From assembly GCF_006345805.1 (NCBI RefSeq), contig NC_043009.1:31062001-31126000 (forward strand): a stretch of DNA of 64,000 bases, written 5' to 3'. The notes below the pieces were generated by a model, which made no database searches, was not told where the DNA came from, and worked only from the letters and a program-made list of their open reading frames with translations. Origin of the DNA: Octopus sinensis (Eukaryota). This document shows positions 11,281-23,575 of this stretch, one piece after another. A program made the position numbers and the translations under genes. The stretch's first letter is position 1, and each line of letters opens with the position of its first letter.

Positions 11281-12502
11281 ACATACTCTGATCCTGACAA
11301 AATGCCTGATTCCTTTCAATTTCCTTTTCGTCTTGTTGGTTTCCTTCACCAAAATCTTTTCAAGATTTCCTTGAAGCCTAATCACCAAAAACTATCAATA
11401 AAATATGATTGGAAAACTATAAAAAAAAGATTGAAACAAAAACAAAAAACAACAAACTCCCTGAAGAGAGTTACTCCATCTATTTAAAAACTATCCTGGA
11501 TATTATCGATAGTAGTAAAGCACAAAATAGATATATATATATGTATATACATACATGCATGCATCCGTACATATGTATACATACACATACACATCTATGT
11601 ACATATACATATGTATGTATAGACATATGTCTGTGTGTGGGTGTAGAGTATAAGTAGAAGTGATATTCAATATAAACCTGAAGCCAGACTAACACTACAG
11701 GTGTACAGCCGTTCAATGACACAGTTACCTGTATTTTGCCTTCAGAGTCTTATAAAGATATTTTCCAGATGTTCATTTCGCAAGTGGTGACTCCTTTATG
11801 GAGTATATGCCTCTGCTCATTTGAAAATAATATAAATGTCCACGTGTATGTGTGTATATGTATGTCTGTGCGTGTGTGTGTGTGTGTATTTGTATGTATA
11901 TACACAAAGAGAGTGAGAGGGGAAGGAGGAGAAAAAAGAGGTAGTAATGGTGATATACACAAACTTCATACAAATAGTTTTACATGGATCACAGATCACT
12001 AATCATACTGAATAAAGTACAGTATAACATAAAAGAATATGTAATTTTTTAAACTCAACAGCTGTTTCGGGAAGCTCAGAGTAATAATCATATTAGAAAT
12101 TACATATTTCCTCCTCTTATTCTATATTTTTCTGCTCCAACTAAATAGATATATTCCTACCAAGCCTAACTGTGTATATCTCCATTACCACCTCCTTATT
12201 ATCTTGATTAGGATTTCTTCTATAGTAATTCCTGTTGGTACTGGCCTTGTGCAGGACAAAGAATTCCATGTTTAAGCTTAAATTCTTTTGAACACTACTA
12301 TGTTTTCTATACAGAGAAGTACCTGATCTTGTCTACTGTGTGTGTGTGTGTGTGTATGGTCCAAAAGTAGAAAACACATAGCTGAAAGAACCACGGACAG
12401 TGTTTGTAGGTTGATGCTCCAGAAAAATGTAAGTACCTAATATTTTGAGCAAAGGATGGGGACAGAAAAAAGTTAAGAGAAAGAAACATCTGAGTTAAGT
12501 GG

Positions 12503-12543
<41 letters not shown>

Positions 12544-12615
12544 CACACATATACATATACACATATGTATGAATATTTACTCATTTATGTATACTTATGT
12601 ATACTTATATGTGTG

Positions 12616-12660
<45 letters not shown>

Positions 12661-13726
12661 TATATATGTATATATATATATGTGTGTGTGTGTAGAGCAA
12701 CTGTCTTCAAAGACTCATATTGTCGTTCAATGCTTGAAACAGGGGTAGATAGACAACTGACAACTGATGGAGGGTCATTCTTTATGTTACTTGTCCTGTT
12801 TTCCAGTTGTTTCTCTCATTGTCTGTGTATTGAACTCATCTGTTTTTGCATTTCATCTTGTTTACTGTTGGTGATGTCCTGTACCCATATATGCATATGT
12901 ATATATATGAAAATATATAAATTTATATAAATAAGGATAAGATCATTATTTAAAATACACACCATATCAAGTGGCTGGCATGGGAATAAAAACCTCATAG
13001 GTAATTATTATTATGTAAGTTATAATTAGGGATATCTAAAAGATACCAACATACTAGATATAGCAGTCAAAACTTGACTAAAACTACATCAAATATTCAT
13101 ACAGCACCAGGAGAGAAGACAAAGAGACAAAATAAACTAGCAAAAAGTTATTGGATAATTCCAGATCCCGGATTTCTGGCTTTTCATGAAAAATCATTTG
13201 CCTCATCAGTGGAATATACACAAAATAGTACATATACATATGTAATACAAAAAAATAACTAATTTTAACCATAGACTGAAACAGCTGTAAGAAGTGATTT
13301 TAATGATTTCAATAATTTATATTATGATTTTTATAATTTGTATTATTATCTTATATGTATTGAATTATAAGATATATATGTATGCTATTAAGGTTCTCAT
13401 TTTGTTAAATGAATAAATAATTCAACATTCTAATATCTGAAAATTAACGAACAAACTAAATTTGTTTCTCCATTTTCTTATTTGTATTATAAATTAACAG
13501 TAAAATATTTCTTTACCTTCACCCATTTGATGCAATAAATAAGTTAATTGCATTGCAATTAAAAGCATTTATATATTAAGAATCTGGGTCCTTTACCAGC
13601 TGTATATTGGATAAATACTATCCCTTAGTGGGTTACACCCATAACCCCTAACTTACTTTGTGGTATATATATATATATACAACATACGAATATTTACATA
13701 TACGCACATATAAACACAATTTATGA

Positions 13727-13767
<41 letters not shown>

Positions 13768-14329
13768 AGCATAAGGATTGAACTAGACAAACTTTTACCT
13801 TTACCGCTGTAGTAACACTTATATCCATTGTCCCATTATTCCTCCTGACTAGATCACATGATCTATAATGTTATTCTTAGATTTAAGTGCAAACCAAAAA
13901 AATAACATTGGAACTAGGCTGGAATAATTCTATTACAGAGCCAAGTGTAAATGCAACAGTCAAAATAAACACAGGAGACTGTGAAGAATTGTTTGGCTGT
14001 AGATTTTGTGTTATTTTATTTATCTGTAAGGATAAATTGATCACTTCGCTATGGTAGGAAGTCAAAGAAGACACAAACACTAATATAACGAAGCATTAAT
14101 TAGCTGTTAGAGAATATTGATTTTACATCGACCTTTTTTTTTTCCTTTCTTCCCCCGAAACAATAGTTTGGTAAATAAATAAAGGTATAAATGAATTAAT
14201 AAAATAGAATAAAGTAATTTGAGTAGTGTTAGTTTGGTGGTGTGCTTTAGTATTTAGTGGTGAATGTGATGTTTTGGACATATACTAAGAAGTACAGGAT
14301 TTAGATATATATATTAACCCCTCCTCTCC

Positions 14330-14395
<66 letters not shown>

Positions 14396-15799
14396 TACAT
14401 ATACATATACACACATACATAATTATTAGCCACAGAAACAGTAATAGTACCAAAAGGCAATCTTTATCGCCAACTTAATGCGGATGTGTTATAAAACACA
14501 GAATGTTGCATTCTATGTAAACTTGAGGAACACATATCCACACCCTCCTGTCAATGATATATATAGAATCTCAGTGTGTATTCAGGCACTGATGTTGCAA
14601 ATAGTCTGTGGGTTTATTAAAAATTAATTTTTAGCAACAGGAGCAGTGTTAATACTATAAAGCAATCGTTATATCCAACTTAATATGGATGTTGAGGTAG
14701 AAGTCAAAATACTGCATTATTTACCTTAAGAGGACCTCTCATAAGGACTTGTGGTGCTTTTATGCACCATGAGTCCATGCGAGAGCTCCTTTCAAGTGGT
14801 ACACATAATCAGTCACCTAATTAAATACTAAAGCCAGGTGTCTTCGTTGTCTTTAGTGGAATTGACTGTTGAAGGAAATTGGACCAGGTTTCCTGTTTCA
14901 GGATACTTCCATCACCCATAACCACAAGTGTCTAAGGCCAGGTGGAAAGGTCACTGACGCTCACTTCCACCCAAGACTAACAGGTAAAAGAAATGAACAA
15001 TGATCAGGCTTGACCAATGAACACTACCAAAGAACTCACCATTATGAGATGAAGGGCTGAGTAGATAAATTAAGATTTCTTTAACAATTAAAAGAACATG
15101 TATGGTAGAATTTCATATGCATATAATACAAGGTGTTTAAAAATTTTGAATCACCGAAATTACTTATGCAACTAGTGGACAAAAACTCCCTCTAAATTGC
15201 TTAAAATCTTAAAGCAAAGTTGAGAACTATAATATTATCATTCAATTGTAAATAAAAGCAATATTTTTAGATTCTAATTAGAAACTCTCTCGTGTAATAT
15301 ATCCATTGTTTCTAGTACTGTAGGCTGTGGTTTAAAGGAGATTTGACAATTAATTCTAGCAAGACGACTGAGTATGCAAGGGTTTTTTTGATTTTTTGTT
15401 GTTGTTTATTTTGTTAGCTTGTACATCATATTATCTGGGGGGGTTCCTAATGCTGCAACTTCACTGCTCTCCATTATCACCAAAAATACTAATGAGAATT
15501 CTGAAAGCAAAGGCAATTTGAGCAAAAACAAATTTATTACAAGAAATATAAATAAAAATACAAAAATCTAATAAACGAGTAGAAATAAAGAATTAGATAT
15601 CAAAAAATATAATCTATTTATTTAGTAAATGTTCAATATTGTGTTTTGTCTCAGGTCAAAGGATTGTTTTGGAGAGAAAAAGAAGAAAAAAAACACAAGA
15701 TGTAATATTCATTCCTCACAAGGGTTATTAGCTGCAAAAGTTAAGTAAATATATTTTATTGACTCAGTCTGAAACAAAATATTTTTCTAGATTTGGCCA

Positions 15800-16350
15800 T
15801 AATTTAACACCTGTATCAGTGCTTACACCTATATGTCAGTGCTTAGTGTTGTATTGCAACATTTACACCTTACATCAAGTTTTAAATTTGAAACTTAATC
15901 ATTCTACATGTATCCCTATGTTTGTGACCACCTCTCAGTATTTGTACCTGCATCTTAAATGTTTATACCTGTATTTCAGTAGTTTCCACCTGTATTTCAT
16001 TGTTTGTATTTGTATCCTAGTATTTACACTAATCATATAACCTGCTCCTTGCTATTTGCATGTTTATCTGGGTGATAACACCTGTACTTCCAGTATCAGT
16101 ATTAAGACTTTCACTTCTAAACCAGTATGCCAAGGTTTACACCTGTAGCTGAGATTTTACACCTGTGGCACCATTATTTATACCTCTGCTTCACTGCTTA
16201 CACATGTCCATAAATGTTGATGTACCTCACTATTTACAGCTGTAACTTAGTATTTTCACCTGCAACTCAATGTCAATACCTGCAGCACATTATTTTCTCT
16301 TGCACCTCAGTATTTACACCTGTACCCTGTTGTTTACACCTGTACCTCAG
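15800..16350. repeat. Degenerate ~20-22-bp tandem array, approximate consensus CAGTATTTACACCTGTACCT
   Basis: Recurring ttacacctgt/tttacacc/tatacctg units; 8 exact CACCTG counted by eye plus CACATG, CAGCTG and TACCTG variants. Confidence 0.7.
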
Positions 16351-16434
16351 GATCTACCACAAAGTTGTTAAAATATTGATAACATACATAAACATCAAAG
16401 TGAGAATTCCCATAAAAAGCAGGAATTGATGTTG

Positions 16435-16845
16435 TTTTCTTTTACTTGTTTCTGTCATTAGATGGTGGCCATGCTGAGGCACGGCCTCGAAGAATTTCTT
16501 TTAGTTGAAGGAATCAGCCACAGTGCTTATTGTTTTTTAAATCCTGGTATTTATTCTATTGGTCACTTCTGCCAAACCGCTAAGTTATGAGGATGTAAAC
16601 AAACCAACACTGGCTGTCAAGCAGTGGTGGGGCTCAAAAGCACACCACACACATACACATAAATATATATATATACACATGACAAGATTCTTTTAGTTTC
16701 CATCTACCAAGCCAACTCACAAAGCTTTGATCAGCCCAACACAGTAGTAGAGGTCATTTCCCCAAGCTGGAGTGCAGTAAGACTGAACCTAGAACCATGT
16801 GGTTGGGAAGCAAACTTCTTATCACACAGCCATGCCTGCACCTAT
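16435..16845 (-). mobile_element. SINE family A, full length, degenerate
   Basis: Reverse complement has the family A head, internal (TG/TA) tract and ...gcctcagcatggccaccatctaatgacagaaacaagtaaaagaaaac tail. Confidence 0.85.
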
Positions 16846-17349
16846 CCAATCTTCTCCAAGAATTGAAACCAGACAGCTGATTATATCTCAGTTTGTTTAC
16901 ATTTCGGTCAATGGTGTTCAGCAACAGTTTAGAATATCAATGGAATGTTTACAAAAAAATATTCGATATTTCTCAAATGAATCTAAATTATTGTAGCATG
17001 GGGTTTTGCCAAAATGTCTCACCTTCGATTTAAAATAGTAACAAAGATATGTGCCTGGAATATTTTACATTACATCAATCACTATATTCTTTGATTGTCA
17101 AAAATATCATGTTTGTCAATTCTAAAAGGTTAACTATTTCAAGTAGGAAAAGAACTCATAAATTCTGTATTTTGATGGCTTACACATTAACACACACACA
17201 CATACATGCACACAATATTACACACACTTTGTGTGTGTGTGTGTGTAAACAAAACAAAACGAATGAAATTTTTACATATCTGTATCTTTAGACATATATA
17301 TGTGTTTATATTTGTACACTCACACATTCATGCATGCATATCATATATG

Positions 17350-17388
<39 letters not shown>

Positions 17389-18679
17389 TAAATGCATATA
17401 TACATACACCTATACATACATATATGTGTATGTGTATATATATATAAATGTACCTATTTTCAATTATCATACAAACATCTAGCAAAAGGGAAGACACGAA
17501 AATGTGTACACATGCATGTAAGTGCATGCACATGTGCACATGCATGCATGCACACATGTATTTACACAAAGGCTTCTTTCAGTTTCCATCTACTGAATCC
17601 TCTTGCAAGGCTTTGGTCAGCCCAGAGCTTCACTAGAAGACAGTTAGTCAAGATGCTGTATACGTACATGTGTGTGTAGGTATAGCAAGTGAGAGATTGA
17701 CAGAGTGAGAGAGACAGATAGATAAATAGATAGACAGGCAGGCAGACGGACAGACAGACAGACGGATAGATAGATAAATATATAGCACATGTGTGCATAT
17801 CTTTGTGTATGTTTGTATGTATTTATGTATGTAAGCATGTACAAACATGTGAATCTACTTCTCTGTGTAATTGTGTGTGTGTGTGTATTTCTCATTCTCA
17901 ATATATTTATGTTTTATGTATTCCCACATTAAATATTTTTTATTTCTTGTTTGTTTTCTTCTACATTAAGAGTAATTTATTTCACAAAACAAAGAGAAGA
18001 TACAAGAACAATTAGGCTTAACGAACAAACTAACTTGGATAAATTACCTTGTTTGGACAAACTCACATCTTTGAATGATTTTTATCTCTGTTTCTGTGTA
18101 CTCTCTCTCTCTCTCTCTCGGTCCATCATTCTGCATATCTCTGTAACTCTTTCTGTCCATTTCTCTGTCTATCTCTGTCTCTCTCCATTCATCTGTCTAT
18201 ATCTCCATGTACCTCCCTCTCTCTGTCTTTATCTTCATCTGTCAGTTTATCTATCTATCTATCTGTCTACCTTCTCTAGCTCCCTTTTTATCTCATTGTG
18301 TAACAATTTCTTTATCTCCCTATTTATCTCTATCTGTCTGTATTTCCTTGTCATTCTCTCTACAATCCTCTCTCCTCTATCTCTCTCTGTCTCTCTCTCT
18401 CACCGTCTTTTTACATATGTTTCCCCATCTACACACACACACATACGTAACCCTAACCCTCAGACAGTATCTCTGTGACCCTGTGTGTTATAATGCTGAA
18501 CCTTTCAACTCCCTCCAGAGTTTATCCAACAGGTTTCACCTCAGTTTCCTTTTTTTCTCTTTCACCCATGATGTTTGGAAGGCTATGGTAGTTCAGTAAC
18601 GAACTATGGGATTGAGCCATGGACATTGCATTTGCAAACACGCTTCTAAACCATTCAGCCATGTCTGTGACTCGCTACC

Positions 18680-19477
18680 ACTACCAGCCCATCTCCTACC
18701 ACTGCCACCACCATCACCACCACAGCTACCACCATCACCACCACTGCCACCACCATCACCACCACTGCCACCACCATCACCACCACTGCCACCACCATCA
18801 CCACCACTGCCACCACCATCACCACCACTACCACCACCATCACCACCACAGCCACCACCATCACCACCACTGCCATCATCACCACCTCCACTACCACCCA
18901 CCCCAACTGACACTACCAACCCCTTCCCCTAACACCCGTTCCATCACAACCACCCACACTCTGCTACCACCACCCTCATGATAACCATTTCTACCAACAC
19001 CAACGTCATCACCACCACTACTAATAACCACCGACACTAATTGCCGTTGCCATCCACCCACCATTGCAACCAACATCCCACCACTGCCAATGCAAGCAAA
19101 ACTCGGATCTTCACCCTCACCGCCATACCCACCAACATCCCCATTTCAACTACAGCCACTACAACCATAGGCATAAGTACTATCACCTACACTGCCAATA
19201 CCACTAACCAACACAACTGACAGCTTTATTATGCAGTTGCCATCACTACCACCTTTAACAGCCTAACTGTTACCACAACCACCACCATCATCACCACTAA
19301 CCATCCTTATGTTCACCATCTAGATGCCTCTACCAAAAACCACCACAACCATTACCTCCAGTACCAATACCATTGTGAGCACCATCATCACTATTAACAT
19401 CATCTTCACCAAGCCAATTGCCACTACCACCACCACAATAACCACTAGCATCACTGCTGCTGCTAGTACCACCATCG

Positions 19478-19508
<31 letters not shown>

Positions 19509-19520
19509 CACCATGGCTGC
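18680..19520. repeat. (CAC/CAT)-rich low-complexity tract with a 21-bp unit (ccaccaccatcaccaccactg) at ~18705-18875
   Basis: Direct reading; gives the poly-H, PPSPPL and GGSGGD ORF artefacts. Confidence 0.9.
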
Positions 19521-20742
19521 TACTATTACTACCATCTGTTTACCCATTCAATTAATTTATTTTTTATCTAAAATTTAGCGCAAATATTTTCACAAAAGTG
19601 TTGCTGAACACAAGTGTCCAGAAATAATTGCTCAAGCCCCAACAGTTATTTTGTTTTTATTTTTCCTTTCCTATTTAAACAAACTGGGATGTTTTACTTT
19701 GATTAAATTCCTTCCCTGCTTCCGTCCCCAATCTTCCATCCTCCTCCTACCCACCCACCCACCAACCCCATCCGTAGTTTCTCTGCACACCGCCAACAAC
19801 AGTTACAACTCCCACCGGCCAAACCTCCCCCTCCCCATAGCCTTGTATTATGTGATGCAGCCTGTCACTCACAGCAATGTTTGCCACCAGACAAATATAT
19901 GCTAATTGTGTTGTAGGATGAAGCAATAATTTGATGTTAAATCCTGCTTGATACCAACAAAAGCCATGCCTATTTGCTGGTTATTTTCACCAGGATTACC
20001 ATTAAGAAATGTAATGCATACCGTTTGTTAGAGTTGAATTCGAAGGATATTGGCTTCAATTCTTTGATTCTCTCTTCATTGATGGATTTCTATTTATCTA
20101 TTTATTTATCGATTTATTTATTTATTTATTTATTTATCTATTTATCTATTTGTGTTTTCTTTTTTTTATGTTAAGAAAGTGGAGAGGTCGGATCTTCTCA
20201 GATTCTTGTTGGCCTTTCGCAGAGGAGACAGGGAAGGGATTTAGACAAGAGTCAATATTAAGTGTGGTACAATTGGCTCAGCACATTTGAAGAGAGGTGG
20301 GGTGAGAGAAAGACAGAGAGAGGAAGAAAGACAAATGAAGTGTGTGAGAGAGAGAGAAAGAAAAATAGAGAAAAGAGAAAGATGGAGAGATGTATTAAAA
20401 TGATGATTAAGATAATGAGGAGGAGGAGGAGAAAGAGGATTTTTTTTTTATTATTGCAGTTATTTCCCATCAACAGGCTATTAGGCTTTCTACTACAAAC
20501 ATGTCAGCGATTGGTTACACTTGGATTCACATCATAGGAGGTGCTCCAGCATGACCTAAACATATTTTGCATCACTGTGAAAGTGAAATGGCTCTGTATT
20601 TGACACCACACACGGCTGAATGAGATAGTATCATAGGTTTGCTACTCAGTCACCATTCAGTGGAGTGTCAACACAAGGGCAGAAGTAGTCTTTATGTTCA
20701 AACTGAGGTTGGATGACTCAACTATGGAGTTGTAGTCTATGC

Positions 20743-21063
20743 GCGTAGCTTAGTGGTTAGGGCATTCGGCTCATGATCGTAAGGTTGTGAGTTCGATTCC
20801 CGGCGACGCATTGTGTCCTTGAGCAAGACACTTTATTTCACGTTGCTCCAGTCCACTCAGCTGGCAAAAATGAGTTGTACTTGTATTTCAAAGGGTCAGC
20901 CTTGTCACTCTCTGTGTCACGCTGATTATCCCCGAGAACTACGTTAAGGGTACACGTGTCTGTGGAATGCTCAGCCATTTGCACGTTAATTTCACGAGCA
21001 AGCTGTTCTGTTGATCGTATCAGCTGGGACCCTCGTCGTCGTAACCGGCGGAGTCTTTTTTTA
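20743..21063 (+). mobile_element. SINE family B, complete young copy with a 9-bp target-site duplication
   Basis: A-box tagcttagtgg, B-box gttcgattcc, CORE-like gtgtccttgagcaagacacttta; flanked by agtctatgc at 20734-20742 and 21064-21072; many CpGs intact. Confidence 0.92.
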
Positions 21064-22189
21064 AGTCTATGCAGACAGTAGGGATTAAGTACCCTACTCT
21101 TGTGGATAGGGTAGCCAGTTGTACAGGGGTATATATGGATTGTCGGCTGCCAATGGCTTTAAGTTCATTAACAGGGCACATCTATGGTGGCAACGATAAG
21201 ATTGTTTATTCTTCCTGCTGATTGGTAATGCAGGTTGGTGCACTGTGAGCATTCTCTAGCAGAGACAGAGTCAGAAATTGCAAGTTCTAGATAAGATGGG
21301 AGAGCTATGAATGATACATCAGTTGATGTTGAAGTTGTTCTGATGGTCACAGAGTCTCCAGATGAAGTGACACACAGAGGTGGAGCTTACCCTAGCCCTA
21401 CACCTGAAGAAGTGTATATGCTGTGTTCACTTTAATTTAAAATCATTGACTGTCATACCCATATAGGGCCTTGTGATGTGATCAGATAATTACAATCCTT
21501 AGACTACAGTCTTTGAGAAACAGGATCCCCCCAGTGGGCAATTGGTAGGTTACATGTTGGGAAATGAATTGGAGGTTGTGTAGGTATGTGTCTATGTCTG
21601 CTGTATTGTGTGATATTTGAAGCAATGTTGTCTAAACAAGAATGGCTAACCTTAATACTGTGGGTGATGTATGGGGGATTAAGAGCACGTGATGAAGTGG
21701 ACCACATTATCCTCTAAATTTTGAAGGATGCCCAGGCCTTTCACTTCAGTATATATGTTATTGTATGTAAAGATACTCATTTCCTTGTAGGTTTTTGTGA
21801 TTGTGTTTGTAATCAGTCTTATGTGCATAGGAGTGTTTATTTCATATATACGTATATATATATTGTTTTGTTGGTGAGATTGTGTACATTATGGGGACTT
21901 AATTTATGCCATGTACTTATTTGAAATGTTTAGGTAGGAGTTAGAATAATGCCAAAATCTTACCTATATATGATGTTCAATAAATCAACTTCAAAACTGT
22001 TGATCCCCTTTATCTGGAGAGGGCTGAACTTGTCAGTTGGTCTGCTGGTGGACACATTTTCAAAGAAACCCACCAAAATATCAGGTACACATTTTACACA
22101 TTTGAACACGTGATCTATGAACAGCATGGAAATCAATTAACCTATCCACAAATGTAAATTACCTCTTCACAGAAGTCAAATGTATTATT

Positions 22190-22594
22190 GGATTAAAAGA
22201 AGAAAAATAGATTATTTTCGTGGATATATTTGGCTTAAAGAATTAAATCAACAAAACTTATTCAAACCAAATATTTATTTAGCAGTTTGAATACAATATT
22301 TAAAAACTATGTCTCTATACAAAATTATACACCTGAATAGATAAACATCCTAATATTACTAAATATTTACATTTAAAAAATTACTTTATAATCTATATAT
22401 TTTTTTATAACAAATCAATATTATTAAAACTGTAGATTTGATTTCTTATCTGTGTGTTCATTGACTGTGATTTTAATTCCTCCATTTAAAATATGAATTA
22501 ATCAATTAGGCTTGAGAAAATGTGGGGAAATGAAATAAAATATGCCATCACACAGTTGTGGGTATGATAGTTGTGAGATCAGTGGTTCCTTATG
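22190..22594 (+). repeat. AT-rich ~405-bp dispersed direct repeat, copy A
   Basis: Aligns base by base to 50417-50822, with about 9 differences in the ~300-bp core by manual count. Confidence 0.95.
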
Positions 22595-22869
22595 TTATAG
22601 GTGTATTCCTGAAAATTTTATCATCACACTGTGTATCTAAGACAAGTCAGCTTCATCATGTTTTGCATTCTGCATGCTGTCAGAATGTTTATTTGTCTTA
22701 ATGTGTTCCTACTTCTTACTCTAGAGAATGGTACCCACCTCTGATGCCTTTATTGGTTCTACTGAGAGGAATTTGTCTTGGTTACAGATATATAAGATTC
22801 ATGTGATGAGTAATAAGCCATTAATTCTTTATTAACCACTCAGTCATTTGTTACTATGTGGTGAATTGT

Positions 22870-23575
22870 AGAGGCATGTGATTACTGGTGCATGTATGAC
22901 CGGGTGGTTGGAAAAAGTTTGCTCCCCCACCAAATATTTTCAGCTTCAGTCCCACTGTGTGACATCTTGGACATGTGTCTTCTACTAAAGCTCTGTGCTG
23001 ACCAAAACTCTTGTTAGTGGATTTGGTAAATGGTAATTGATAGAAATTCATCATTACATGTATGTGTGTCTTCTTGTCTTGACATCATGTGATAGTTGTA
23101 AATGCATGTCAACTATCAGTGTCATAGAAGCAGTGTCATAGAAGCAGTGTCATAGAAGCAGTGTCATAGAAGCAGTGTCATAGAAGCAGTGTCAAGCAGT
23201 GTCATAGAAGCATTGTCATAAAAGCAGTGTCATAAAAGCAGTGTCATAAAAGCAGTGTCATAAAAGCAGTGTCATAAAAGCAGTGTCATAGAAGCAGTTT
23301 CATAGAAGCAGTGTCATAGAAGCAGTGTCATAAAAGCAGTATCATAAAAGAAGTGTCATAAAAGCAGTGTCATAGAAGCAGTGTCATAGAAGCAGTGTTC
23401 TTCATTTCTAATATTCTACATAAACATGTCCAGCCATGGAGAAATATTACCTTACTCAGAAACAGATGAAGCTTGGAGACAGAAAAGGCAACCAGCTGTA
23501 AAATATCTGCTGCAATAAACTCCATCCAACCCAAGCAAGCATCGAAAAGTGGATGCTGAAACGATGGTGGTTTTC
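22870..23575 (+). mobile_element. SINE with family A head and RTE-type 3' tail, containing an expanded minisatellite
   Basis: Degenerate family A head at 22870-23050; tail ...aaggcaaccagctgtaaaatatctgc...ccatccaacccaagcaagcatcgaaaagtggatgctgaaacgatggtgg matches the RTE terminus. Confidence 0.75.
23118..23398. repeat. 14-bp minisatellite (AGCAGTGTCATAGA/AAA), about 20 copies
   Basis: Direct reading; blocks of -atagaagc- and -ataaaagc- variants, with one truncated unit. Confidence 0.97.

Noticed and set aside
12725-12810. gaaac...ctgatgg arrangement as a permuted (type II) hammerhead
   Set aside because: The core is mutated and I could not build stem I or a convincing stem II.
13881-14025. 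Candidate exon with N-glycosylation sequons (...ITLELGWNNSITEPSVNATVKINTGDCEELFG...)
   Set aside because: The best acceptor (13880) leads to a stop in each frame relevant to this peptide; the remaining peptide is short and unrecognised.
18446-18460. taaccctaaccct as an interstitial telomeric repeat
   Set aside because: Only about two units; expected by chance.
18593-18981. Poly-His, PPSPPL and GGSGGD ORFs resembling extensin or glycine-rich proteins
   Set aside because: All frames of a (CAC)n-derived 21-bp repeat are open; no splice context or unique domain.
20743-20812. tRNA-like sequence with A and B boxes
   Set aside because: The acceptor stem does not pair and the sequence continues into a SINE body bounded by a TSD; it is a SINE head, not a tRNA gene.
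21100-21720. Possible decayed LINE endonuclease on the minus strand (...THSIKVSHSCLDNIASNIT...)
   Set aside because: Only a vague motif resemblance, with no GDFN or SDH motif found.
23118-23398. Regular repeat array as a possible CRISPR
   Set aside because: Head-to-tail 14-bp units with no unique spacers, in a eukaryotic SINE context.
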